From Nitrososphaerota archaeon (lineage in GTDB: Archaea; Thermoproteota; Nitrososphaeria; Nitrososphaerales; UBA57), in NCBI GenBank assembly GCA_002713205.1, contig PAVW01000008.1, forward strand, positions 1 through 20,995: 20,995 bases of DNA, written 5' to 3'. Below are positions 1-8,393 of this stretch, piece by piece (positions within the stretch are counted from its first letter, which is position 1; each line of letters begins with the position of its first letter). Under the pieces are notes generated by a model. It did not search any database. It saw nothing but the letters and a program-made list of their open reading frames with translations, and was not told the DNA's origin. The translations under genes were made by a program, and so were the position numbers.

Positions 1-899
1 TCTCAATTAAACCAGACATAATTTTTGCTTTTGAACCAAACCTATTTTCAATCATACCTGCTTTTTTTTACTCAAAGTTACGTGGTGGTAGAGTGATTAG
101 AGCAATAGACGATTTATGGCCAGAATCCCTGTATGAGAGAGGCATTTTTTGTTCTAGCTTACTGAAATTCTTTCTTAATCGGTTGGCTAAATTTTCTTAT
201 GTTTTTCCAGAGTATATTATACCACTTAATGATGCTGTGAAAGATGTTGTACGCACTTCATACGGAATTAACAATAACAAGTTCGAAGTACTCAGTCATG
301 GGATAAACACTGAGATTTTTACATATAGTAAAAAAACCCGTAATGATACTTTTACTCTAATGTATTTTGGTTCCTTAATAGAAACATATGATTTTGATCT
401 TCTTATTAATGCAGCAAAACAGCTAAAGGGAAAAAATATACAATTTATAATCAGAGGAAGAGGGAAACTTTTGTCATATATTAAAGATCAAAAAGAAAAA
501 TACAAACTAGACAATTTTTTGATTGAAACAGACTTTGTACCTAATGAAAAAATATCAAAAATTTTGCACACATCAGATGTTTTATTGGTACCAATGCGAA
601 AAGGTAAACTTGTTAATTATTCTCTACCTACAAAAATCTTAGAATATCAGGCAGTAGGAAGACCTATAATTTGTTGTTCCGATGGTGCAATTGGAGAATA
701 TATAGAAAAAACAAATTCTGGATTAAGAACTAATTCAAGTGATCTTGATTCATTTATTAATTCTGTTTTGAAATTAGAGTTAGATCAAAATCTATGTGAG
801 CAATTAGGTCAAAATGGAAGAAAAATAATAGAAGAAGAAAATACTTTTGAAAAGATAGGGACACGTTTATCATATATTATAAATAAATTAATGAACTAA
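1..899 (+). CDS. Glycosyltransferase, GT-B fold, GT4 / Glycos_transf_1 type (5'-truncated by the window edge)
   Basis: The frame of the tracked ORF (93..899) stays open to the window edge. Codons from nt 3 read SIKPDIIFAFEPNLFSIIPAFFYSKLRGGR before the GTG at 93, so the real start lies upstream of the window (codon phase: first full codon at nt 3). The C-terminal half has GT1-domain blocks: FTLMYFGSL, IIRGRGK, PTKILEYQAVGRPIICCSDGAIGEYI (E-x7-E-like nucleotide-sugar motif). Confidence 0.85.
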   Translation, partial: SIKPDIIFAFEPNLFSIIPAFFYSKLRGGRVIRAIDDLWPESLYERGIFCSSLLKFFLNRLAKFSYVFPEYIIPLNDAVKDVVRTSYGINNNKFEVLSHGINTEIFTYSKKTRNDTFTLMYFGSLIETYDFDLLINAAKQLKGKNIQFIIRGRGKLLSYIKDQKEKYKLDNFLIETDFVPNEKISKILHTSDVLLVPMRKGKLVNYSLPTKILEYQAVGRPIICCSDGAIGEYIEKTNSGLRTNSSDLDSFINSVLKLELDQNLCEQLGQNGRKIIEEENTFEKIGTRLSYIINKLMN

Positions 900-916
900 G
901 AACCTCTATTATATAA

Positions 917-2413
917 CTAGGATTTATTGGTAAACTCGTTAATTATGGCACTAACCAATTTTCTGGTTCTCAAGTCTAGCAGATAGGTAGTTACTAAATA
1001 ACCAACAATTGCTATAGTCGCAAACAGCAATAACTGGGGGATAAATTCAAAAACATTTTCAGTATACACTAAAAATTTCTCTGAAATTACATAAATTAAA
1101 CCAAATATCATAATACTAATTCCAAGATATTTCATGATCAATTTTGTTTCTAATTTTAAAGCAAAATTTTTCTTTACTAGTGAAAAAAGATAGATTGAAA
1201 AGGGAATACTAGTAATCAAGGCCGTAATTGCCCAATACGTCACTAGTTGTAATTCTGAGTATTCATCCCTGAATATGATAAATATCACTGTTAATATCAC
1301 TAAATATACTATATACTGTAAAATTAGAATTGAGGGAACAACAAACAACTTACTTTTAATATAATCTTTAAAACGTGATCCTTGATCAGCATCTACATTC
1401 TCTTGACCTGTTAAAAATAATTGAAAGATGTGACTCATTGCGGCAAAAAATGTGAATAGACTAGTAAATACTGCAATCAAATATGCCTGTTCATAAATAG
1501 GATTTAATGCAAATAATATAGGTCTAGCAAAAATAATTGATAGTGCAGTCAATGGAATAAGGAAATAAAAAAACAAAGTAATGTTACTTGTAAGATAATC
1601 TTTCTTTCCTTCACCAATTAGCTTAGGGTATACAGCTCTAGAAATGGTTGCTGCTTGTGCTATTAAATTTGGCAGAGTAAGTGATACAATCCAAAATGCT
1701 AGACCACTCATGGATCCTATAACCAAAGAAAAAATGGCAATATCCAAAATGGTCATAACGTTATAAATTCCTGGATATAAAGTGGGTAACCAGAAAAGTT
1801 TAAGCCATCTTTTCAAATAGCCTATTTTTATTTGGGTTCTGATTATACCTCTTGTATATATTGCATAAATTATTATACTTGCAAAATTTGCAATTAAAGT
1901 TGAAATTATTATTCCAGAAACACCCATATCTAGATGGAAAACAAACAACAGACTAAATGGAATTTGAAAAATTCCATATGTTAGTAACCCGTAGCTAACT
2001 ATGTGAGGCTTCCACCCAAAGGCAATTGCCATTAAAGTTCTGTTCAGAAATATAGCTGGAACCAAAACTACTGCAAAAATTAAAACTGAATTATTTGCAT
2101 CTGTATTATAGCCCAAAAGATATGCAATTAGTATATAGATTATTATTCCTCCACACGAAAATGTCATACTCGAAAATATTGCTGTCTTGCCAACTAGTTT
2201 TTTTCTTGCAATCTCTCTGGTTGTCCAGTAAGAAATAATTGGTTCTATGATAATCACATATCCAATAATATTTGTAATTAATCCCCATGTTCCATATTCT
2301 GTCTGGTCCAAACTTCTGGTTAGAATTATTGTTAGAATCATTCCTGTAATAATTCCAATTATTCCAAAAACAAAAGTTATCAATCCAGAATAGGTGACTC
2401 TGATTCCTGACAA
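917..2413 (-). CDS. Wzx-like polysaccharide/oligosaccharide flippase (MOP superfamily, Polysacc_synt type)
   Basis: 498-aa ORF with a TTG start (ttg tca gga atc...). It is almost entirely hydrophobic with many TM-like segments (LITFVFGIIGIITGMILTIILT, IIIYILIAYLLGY, VLIFAVVLVPAIFL, LVILTVIFIIF...). Size and topology fit Wzx/MOP flippases, and it is embedded among glycan genes. No catalytic motif is verifiable by eye. Confidence 0.75.
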   Translation of the reverse strand: MSGIRVTYSGLITFVFGIIGIITGMILTIILTRSLDQTEYGTWGLITNIIGYVIIIEPIISYWTTREIARKKLVGKTAIFSSMTFSCGGIIIYILIAYLLGYNTDANNSVLIFAVVLVPAIFLNRTLMAIAFGWKPHIVSYGLLTYGIFQIPFSLLFVFHLDMGVSGIIISTLIANFASIIIYAIYTRGIIRTQIKIGYLKRWLKLFWLPTLYPGIYNVMTILDIAIFSLVIGSMSGLAFWIVSLTLPNLIAQAATISRAVYPKLIGEGKKDYLTSNITLFFYFLIPLTALSIIFARPILFALNPIYEQAYLIAVFTSLFTFFAAMSHIFQLFLTGQENVDADQGSRFKDYIKSKLFVVPSILILQYIVYLVILTVIFIIFRDEYSELQLVTYWAITALITSIPFSIYLFSLVKKNFALKLETKLIMKYLGISIMIFGLIYVISEKFLVYTENVFEFIPQLLLFATIAIVGYLVTTYLLDLRTRKLVSAIINEFTNKS

Positions 2414-2440
2414 GTTAGTAATTATAAATACAAAAACTCT

Positions 2441-2448
2441 ATTATATA
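2441..2448 (-). promoter_or_regulatory. TATA-like box upstream of the flippase gene
   Basis: attatata is centred about 31 nt upstream of the TTG start at 2413, with no Shine-Dalgarno. AT-rich background makes chance matches likely. Confidence 0.3.
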
Positions 2449-2489
2449 CTCGCTCCTATTAGCCGAAAATAATTTAACAGCCATAAGGA

Positions 2490-2598
2490 AGGATTTAACG
2501 ATGATGTGTTTTGTTTAAAATCTTAGTCTCTCACTATGCATTACCTGAAATTAGAAGTTTTAGGACACTAATATTTGAACAAGTTTTACCATTTTTGA
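2490..2598 (+). repeat. Left arm of a ~109-bp inverted repeat (21-nt leader plus codons 1-29 of the 2511 gene); partner at 19045-19153
   Basis: Perfect blocks are shared with the partner: ttacctgaaattagaagttttagg (2541-2564 = revcomp of 19079-19102) and aacaagttttaccatttttga (2578-2598 = revcomp of 19045-19065). Confidence 0.85.
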
Positions 2599-3791
2599 AA
2601 GACCGTGATGTTGAAGTTGAATGGTTTATCTATATGCCTGATAGGATTAAACCTCGTTTACAGAAAAATGAGAAATACAAAGTATTAGATTTTTATGATT
2701 ATGAAAATGCTGTGGATCTAATACGTGATGTTAAACCTGATATAATTTATGCTGCAGCATATCCAATCGCACCAGATATAGCCATTAGGTTAGCTGGCAA
2801 ACACTTCAAAATACCTGTAGTTGCTGATGTGGTTTCTCAGGCTGTATCAGAAGATAGATTAAGAAAAATGATACGAACAAATATTTCTGGGTTCTTTCAA
2901 AATTCAGTTTCAACAGATACTAACGAAAATGAAAAACAATTCATGAGAAGAGGAAAGTTTTGGATTAACAAATATCTTTTTTTGTTAAGAACACAACTTG
3001 TTGTAAAAATGAGTCTATTAAAAATTATTGAAGATTTTTTTAGATTTTTTTTAGCCCATGCGAAGTGGAAAAATCTGAACGACCCAAAATTTGCTGTAGA
3101 CTATCATTTTGTTGAAGGTAATTTATTATTTAACAGTTTAATTAAAAGTGGATACAATAAATCAAGTCTGATTTTAACGGGAAACCCTGTATATGATAAA
3201 GTATTTCAAAATTTATCACATATTTCACCATCTACAAAAAATAGTAAGATCCGAGTTTTGTTACTTACTCATAGCATGTACGAACATGGATTATGGACTC
3301 GAAAACAACGTGATGATCTAGTTAAAGTGTTGGTAACTGAAATTTCTAAACACAAAGACGAAATGTCATTGGTTGTAAAAATTCATCCTTCCAGTGAAAT
3401 CCTTTCAGATTATGAAAAATTAATTCATCCTATTGATTCATCAATACCAATTTATCAAAAGGAGGATATCCAAGAATTTCTTAATAATTCTGATGTTGTA
3501 TTAGCATATTCCGCTTCTTCTGGACCCATTCAAGCACTAATTCTAAAAAAACCAATAATCATAATTAATCTAAATCTTGCTGGAGATATAATGTTAGAAA
3601 GAAAAATCGTGACTGAATGTACTGATCCATCCAAAATTGTTTCATCTATTCACCAAGCTATTTCTTCAAATCCTGCAACAGAGAGAAAAATAAATGAGTT
3701 TGTTGAAGATTATATTTTTAAGGCTGATGGACTTGCCTATGAAAGAGTGGGAAAGGCTATAATTGAAATTATTAAGAAATCTAAACATTAG
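2511..3791 (+). CDS. GT-B-like transferase with K-x-HP motif (TagB/TagF-like or CMP-ulosonic-acid transferase-like); candidate NulO transferase
   Basis: 426-aa ORF with a TTG start at 2511; the ATGATG at 2501 is in another frame and stops after 5 codons. LILTGNPVYD and VVKIHPSSE resemble the xTGxPxxD and K-x-HP signatures of glycerophosphotransferases and of bacterial sialyl-/polysialyl-/Kdo-transferases. There is a central amphipathic segment FWINKYLFLLRTQLVVKMSLLKIIEDFFRFFL. The functional call is contextual. Confidence 0.6.
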   Translation: MFKILVSHYALPEIRSFRTLIFEQVLPFLKDRDVEVEWFIYMPDRIKPRLQKNEKYKVLDFYDYENAVDLIRDVKPDIIYAAAYPIAPDIAIRLAGKHFKIPVVADVVSQAVSEDRLRKMIRTNISGFFQNSVSTDTNENEKQFMRRGKFWINKYLFLLRTQLVVKMSLLKIIEDFFRFFLAHAKWKNLNDPKFAVDYHFVEGNLLFNSLIKSGYNKSSLILTGNPVYDKVFQNLSHISPSTKNSKIRVLLLTHSMYEHGLWTRKQRDDLVKVLVTEISKHKDEMSLVVKIHPSSEILSDYEKLIHPIDSSIPIYQKEDIQEFLNNSDVVLAYSASSGPIQALILKKPIIIINLNLAGDIMLERKIVTECTDPSKIVSSIHQAISSNPATERKINEFVEDYIFKADGLAYERVGKAIIEIIKKSKH

Positions 3792-3801
3792 AATTCAGAA
3801 A

Positions 3802-4446
3802 TTAATCTAAAATACTTCTAATTAGTTGAAAAGACTCTGCTCTTTGCAACCCTGATTCTATGCCTCTTTGAACAGACAGATTTTCAATAGATTCAATAGA
3901 TCTAGAATGTGGAAATTCTGTTATTTCGGATTTATACATTCTAAAAGCTCTAATTTTATATGAAAACTCATTTTTTATGTTCTCATAAACTGTTGGTTGA
4001 AAGGGTGTTTTTACTAATCCAGGTAACTCATAACAAAAAACTTGTTTTACATTACTTGATAATGGTCTTGTAGCAACTAAAGTTGATTCAAAAACTAATT
4101 GATGATCCTTGTTTAAATCATTGTGAGGAGTCGTATAGACAATCTGAGAATTATATTTTTGTATTATTTTCTCTAATTCAATGTTGATTTCAAGATGAGG
4201 TACAGAATCTAGTTTCATATCAGAAAATTCTAAAAAGTTGAATGTAGAAATTCCAAGTAGTTTTCCTGCTTTCAGACATGATTTCTTTCTAACTTCTATC
4301 ATCTTGTTATCTTCATACTGTGCAGTTGTACCTTCTGAAACAACACAAAGATCTATTTTGTGATTTTTTTTAGATAATTTTCGTATGGTAGCACCCATTC
4401 CAAGTACTTCATCATCAGGATGCGCTGCGATTACTAAAATATTCAT
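3802..4446 (-). CDS. PIG-L / LmbE family N-acetyl-sugar deacetylase
   Basis: 214 aa. N-terminal ILVIAAHPDDEVLGMG (AHPDDE zinc motif) and downstream TPHNDLNKDHQLV (H-x-D ... DH) are family hallmarks. It is the last gene of a co-directional minus-strand run. Confidence 0.85.
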   Translation of the reverse strand: MNILVIAAHPDDEVLGMGATIRKLSKKNHKIDLCVVSEGTTAQYEDNKMIEVRKKSCLKAGKLLGISTFNFLEFSDMKLDSVPHLEINIELEKIIQKYNSQIVYTTPHNDLNKDHQLVFESTLVATRPLSSNVKQVFCYELPGLVKTPFQPTVYENIKNEFSYKIRAFRMYKSEITEFPHSRSIESIENLSVQRGIESGLQRAESFQLIRSILD

Positions 4447-4464
4447 ATATACTCACAAGTTCAC

Positions 4465-4475
4465 AAATTAAAAAC
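4465..4475 (-). promoter_or_regulatory. TATA-like box upstream of the PIG-L deacetylase gene
   Basis: The minus strand reads gtttttaattt, centred about 24 nt upstream of the ATG at 4446, inside the 68-nt gap after the carbamoyltransferase stop. Confidence 0.3.
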
Positions 4476-4514
4476 TATTTTGGTTTAAACCTTAATTTCA
4501 TATTATTAACACAA

Positions 4515-6230
4515 TTATTTTATTACTAGTTGATTTCCTAAAATTAAATATTCTAAACCACTATTGAAAAATGTGTTTAGTGCATCATTAGGAGACATTA
4601 CTATAGGTTCACCGTTGATATTAAATGATGTATTTAGAACAATTGGAAAACCAGTTAACTTCTCCATTTCTATAAGTATATTATAAAAATTCTTATTATC
4701 TTGTATGTTAACAGTATGCACTCTTGCTGAACCATCAACATGTGTAATAGATGGTAGTTTACTTCTAAATTCTGATTTTACTGGAACTACTTTTTCCATA
4801 TACTTACATTGAAATTTTTCTGGCACATCAAAAAATTTACTTGCTTTTTCCTCAATAATTGATGGAGCAAAAGGTCTGTAACTTTCTCTATATTTGATGA
4901 TTGCATTAATTTTATTTTTCATTTCTGGTATTCGTGGATCAGCTAAAATTGATCTATTTCCTAGTGCTCTTTCTCCAAACTCCATTCTTCCATCAAAACG
5001 GGCTACTATTTTTCCTTCACTAAGAAGTTTAGCTGTAGTTAATGACACATTTTCTAGTTTTTCAGATTTTATTTTACGTCTATCAAGTGCATCAGTTATC
5101 TCATTTTCTGTGTATTCCTTACCCAAATAACTGCTAGTGGACGAATAATCTCGTTTTTCTCCATGAACGCAATGAGAAACATAAAGTGCTGAGCCAATAC
5201 TATTGCCAGCGTCTGTAGGGTCAAAAGATATGTAGAGATTTTTAAATTGAGTCTTATCTAAAATCTTTCCATTCAAAACTGAATTCATAAAAAAACCTCC
5301 ACTGAGAGCAAGGTTTTCATTGTTTGTTTTTTTATAGAGAGTTTCAATCATATGTAGTGCAATTTCTTCTGAAACAGTTTGCATAGCTTTTGCAACTGAA
5401 AAATACCATTCATCAGGTTCTTCTCCTTTTATCCCCTCTCTCCCACCTAGTAAATTTACAAGTTTATCTGTGTATAACTTGGGTTTATCTAAAATGACTC
5501 CTTGATAATATGACTGATCTAATTCAAACAATCCATCTGATGTTAATTTAATAGTTTTACGAATTTTTTCTAGATGTTCTGTGCAATCTACATCAAAAGC
5601 TGATAAGGCCATTACCTTCCATTCATCATATCCATCTCTATAACCCAATAGTTGAGTGTATGTGGCATAAAACATTCCAAGTGAATGTGGTAGTTCTTTT
5701 GTTGAAAATATCTCAATCTCGTTTTCTTTACCAATTCCTAAACTCGTAGTTTGAAATTCTCCTCTCCAATCACATGTTAATATTGCAGCTTCCTTAAACG
5801 GAGACAAAAAAAATGCATTAGCTGCATGAGCTAAATGATGTCTAACGAAATAAATTGGTGGCATTTTATTTTTTTCTGACTGTTGCATCAAAACCCATTC
5901 TGGTGGTGACCTATCTACAAAATTATACAAATTATCAGCTACTGTATAAAAATAATCTTCTCTTTTTGTACGATAAGTGGAAAATAATGGGTTGTATTTT
6001 TGCCAATTTTCACCAGGGTTCCATCCCTGTGCGATATAATCACAATCTTCTAATTTTTTATCTATGAAATCCAAACAAAATTTTACAGCATTTTGAGGAA
6101 ATAATTTTGTTTTTTTATTTCTAGTAATTCGTTCTTCAGGTGTTCCACATACTATTTTTCCATCTATTGATATGGACGCAGTTGAATTTATTTCCCCATG
6201 ATTAAGACCTAGAACTATCAAAACTTTCAA
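4515..6230 (-). CDS. Carbamoyltransferase, NodU/CmcH/TobZ family
   Basis: 571 aa with a TTG start. Hallmark blocks are KVLIVLGLNHGEINSTASISIDGKIVCGTPEERITRNK, VRHHLAHAANAFFLSPF, LALSGGFFMNSVLNG, ITHVDGSARVHTV and VLNTSFNINGEPIV (Carbam_trans_N plus Carbam_trans_C architecture). Confidence 0.9.
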   Translation of the reverse strand: MKVLIVLGLNHGEINSTASISIDGKIVCGTPEERITRNKKTKLFPQNAVKFCLDFIDKKLEDCDYIAQGWNPGENWQKYNPLFSTYRTKREDYFYTVADNLYNFVDRSPPEWVLMQQSEKNKMPPIYFVRHHLAHAANAFFLSPFKEAAILTCDWRGEFQTTSLGIGKENEIEIFSTKELPHSLGMFYATYTQLLGYRDGYDEWKVMALSAFDVDCTEHLEKIRKTIKLTSDGLFELDQSYYQGVILDKPKLYTDKLVNLLGGREGIKGEEPDEWYFSVAKAMQTVSEEIALHMIETLYKKTNNENLALSGGFFMNSVLNGKILDKTQFKNLYISFDPTDAGNSIGSALYVSHCVHGEKRDYSSTSSYLGKEYTENEITDALDRRKIKSEKLENVSLTTAKLLSEGKIVARFDGRMEFGERALGNRSILADPRIPEMKNKINAIIKYRESYRPFAPSIIEEKASKFFDVPEKFQCKYMEKVVPVKSEFRSKLPSITHVDGSARVHTVNIQDNKNFYNILIEMEKLTGFPIVLNTSFNINGEPIVMSPNDALNTFFNSGLEYLILGNQLVIK

Positions 6231-6250
6231 TTGTTTGATTTTTGATTCGC

Positions 6251-6258
6251 ATATAAGA
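6251..6258 (-). promoter_or_regulatory. TATA-like box upstream of the carbamoyltransferase gene
   Basis: The minus strand reads (t)cttatat, centred about 24 nt upstream of the TTG start at 6230, within the 40-nt gap after neuC. Confidence 0.3.
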
Positions 6259-6270
6259 ATTTTTATTTCT

Positions 6271-7416
6271 TTAATAGAACATTTTATTATTAATTAATTT
6301 ATTACTAAGACAAATATTTTCTAAAACTTTTACAATCTTCTCTGATGAGTTTCCTTGACCATAAATTTTTTCCTTCTTTTTCAACATCTTCATTTTAAAT
6401 GCTTTTTTAATTGCTGAAGTTACATCGTTAGTGGTATTTGCATCAATTCGAATGATATTTTTTCCTACTTCTCTATTATGCTGTCTAATTCCAATTTGTA
6501 TTATAGCTGTGTCAAAATAACTTCCTTCAATAATACCACTACTTGAATTTCCTATTAATAATCTACAATTTTTTAACATTCCAAGATAATCTGCTCTAGG
6601 AATTGTTGGATAATATTTGATGAAACTATATTTTTTTGAATATTTCTTCATATACGAAAAAATAATTTTGTTTCCAGCATCAGAGTTTGGAGCAATTACA
6701 ATGGTTGTTTTTTGTTCTTTAACGATTGCATCTAAAATATTTTTAATGTAAGACTCAGTTTTTTGAGAACCTGATGTAACAGGATGTTGTACAACTAAAA
6801 TTTCATTATTGGTAAACTTAATACCATATTTTTTTTCTAAAGTTTGTTTATCAGAAATTTTATTATTTGCTATTTCATCAATACCTGGCGAACCTGTTAA
6901 AAAAACAGTTTTTGGGTTCTCGCCCATTCTAATAATTCGGTTCTTACTTTTCTTTGTTGCAGGGAAATGTATATTAGAAATTTTAGTTATTGCATGCCTA
7001 TTATATTCATCAATACCTGCTCCAGTTATGTCGCCTCCGTGAATATGAGCATTAGGTATGTTCATATGATAAGCAGCTATACATGATGCAAGTACCTCAT
7101 CCCTATCACCTAATACCAAATTAATATCAGGTCTTAATTTTTTAAAAACTTTGGAAAATTGTAAAATTCCTTCTCCAACTGAAGAAGCCATGTGAAAACC
7201 AGAATCACCCTTAGGAACCATACCAATTTTTGAATAAATCTTAAAACCATCTTTTTTAATTTCGTTAACAGATAATCCATGTTTCTTTGAAAGATGCATT
7301 CCGGAAACAATTAGAAACAAATCTAATTTTCTATTTTTTAAGATCTTTTTTAAAACTGGTCGAATTAGCCCATATTCAGCCCTTGTACCTGTAGTAACAG
7401 AAATTTTTCTTTTCAT
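6271..7416 (-). CDS. neuC: UDP-(di)N-acetylhexosamine 2-epimerase, NDP-hydrolysing (NeuC/LegG-like)
   Basis: 381 aa. VTTGTRAEYGLIRPV, LVLGDRDEVLA, HIHGGDITGAGIDEYNRHAITKISNIHF and LIGNSSSGIIEG match the conserved blocks of the hydrolysing NeuC subfamily as I remember them (xRAEYG, GDRxE, HIHGGE, GNSSSG). Only a 2-nt gap separates it from the upstream formyltransferase stop. Confidence 0.85.
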   Translation of the reverse strand: MKRKISVTTGTRAEYGLIRPVLKKILKNRKLDLFLIVSGMHLSKKHGLSVNEIKKDGFKIYSKIGMVPKGDSGFHMASSVGEGILQFSKVFKKLRPDINLVLGDRDEVLASCIAAYHMNIPNAHIHGGDITGAGIDEYNRHAITKISNIHFPATKKSKNRIIRMGENPKTVFLTGSPGIDEIANNKISDKQTLEKKYGIKFTNNEILVVQHPVTSGSQKTESYIKNILDAIVKEQKTTIVIAPNSDAGNKIIFSYMKKYSKKYSFIKYYPTIPRADYLGMLKNCRLLIGNSSSGIIEGSYFDTAIIQIGIRQHNREVGKNIIRIDANTTNDVTSAIKKAFKMKMLKKKEKIYGQGNSSEKIVKVLENICLSNKLINNKMFY

Positions 7417-7418
7417 TT

Positions 7419-8339
7419 TTATCCTAAAATTGAATCCACATTATCTTTTGTAAATATTTTTGATATTGGAACTTCTTTGTTATCATTAAAACTAATTCTT
7501 TTTAAAATTATTACACCTTTACCAGTACCAATTTTCACATTAAAATTATTTACATGCATAATCTTGCCAATACCCTTACTTTGTTCATTAGAGAATTCTG
7601 CACCCCAAATTATTAATTTTGACCCATTAAAAATTGTGTACGCACCAGGATATGGATGAGTAGTAGCACGAATAAGTGTATGAATTTCTTGTGAATTTCT
7701 TGACCAGTCTATAATTCCATCTTGCGGTCCCCGTTTTTCCCAATTTTCTATAAAATTAGAAACATCTTGTTTTTTTCTTGTATAATTTCCATTTTGAAGT
7801 TTTGTTAGATTATCTTGTATCATTTCTTTTCCAACAGATTCAACTTTTTTATAAACTGATGTTGCATCATCATTTGAGCTCAATTTAAAAGATCTTTGAT
7901 CAAGAATATCACCATTATCAGTTCCCTCTTCAATGAAAAAAAATGTTAACGCACTTGTTTTCAATCCCTTTAAAATTGACCATGGAATGGGTGCCCGTCC
8001 ACGATATTTTGGTAATTCGGTAGGGTGAGAACCAATCACACCTATTTTAGGTATAGAAATAATTTCAGAATTTAATAACTGTGACCAACCCATAACTAGT
8101 ATTATGTCTGGTTCTATTTTTTTAATAATTTCAATATTGTTTTGAGCGTTAATTTTATCTACTTTAATATTTTGTAAATTATACTTTGAACAAAGTTCAT
8201 CTAAAGATATAAAATCACTAATTTTTTCCTTCTTAGAATCATCATAACTGAACACAACTGAAATGTTCCAATTATTCTCTAGAATAGTTTTGAGTATTTC
8301 ATAACTAAATTTAACTCCTCCAATGAAAATAATTTTCAT
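7419..8339 (-). CDS. Formyltransferase (Fmt/ArnA-N/sugar N-formyltransferase-like)
   Basis: 306 aa. MKIIFIGG, PDIILVMGWSQLL, GVIGSHPTELPKYRGRAPIPWSI (compare Fmt INVHGSLLPRWRGAAPI, from memory) and GTDNGDIL (compare LDTGDM), plus a C-terminal Fmt-like domain. Confidence 0.85.
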   Translation of the reverse strand: MKIIFIGGVKFSYEILKTILENNWNISVVFSYDDSKKEKISDFISLDELCSKYNLQNIKVDKINAQNNIEIIKKIEPDIILVMGWSQLLNSEIISIPKIGVIGSHPTELPKYRGRAPIPWSILKGLKTSALTFFFIEEGTDNGDILDQRSFKLSSNDDATSVYKKVESVGKEMIQDNLTKLQNGNYTRKKQDVSNFIENWEKRGPQDGIIDWSRNSQEIHTLIRATTHPYPGAYTIFNGSKLIIWGAEFSNEQSKGIGKIMHVNNFNVKIGTGKGVIILKRISFNDNKEVPISKIFTKDNVDSILG

Positions 8340-8359
8340 GTATATCTAATTAAAAATCC

Positions 8360-8369
8360 TTTAATTAAA
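8360..8369. promoter_or_regulatory. Perfectly palindromic TATA-like element (TTTAATTAAA) in a 54-bp divergent spacer
   Basis: It is centred about 26 nt from the formyltransferase ATG (8339, minus) and about 29 nt from the NeuB-like ATG (8394, plus). It is its own reverse complement. Confidence 0.4.
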
Positions 8370-8393
8370 ATGTGCAACTAACAATCATACGAT

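Noticed and set aside
93-95. GTG at 93 as the start of the first gene (as in the ORF track)
   Set aside because: The same frame is open back to nt 3 and encodes GT-like sequence (IKPDIIFAFEPNLFSIIPAFFY). The gene is more likely truncated by the window than started at this internal GTG.
2106-7659. Short tracked ORFs 2106-2288(-), 4894-5130(+), 5855-6067(+), 6809-7042(+) and 7477-7659(+)
   Set aside because: Each lies out of frame or antisense inside a much longer ORF with strong family motifs (flippase, carbamoyltransferase, NeuC, formyltransferase). The translations are low-complexity, Ile/Leu/Phe/Ser-rich shadows typical of AT-rich DNA.
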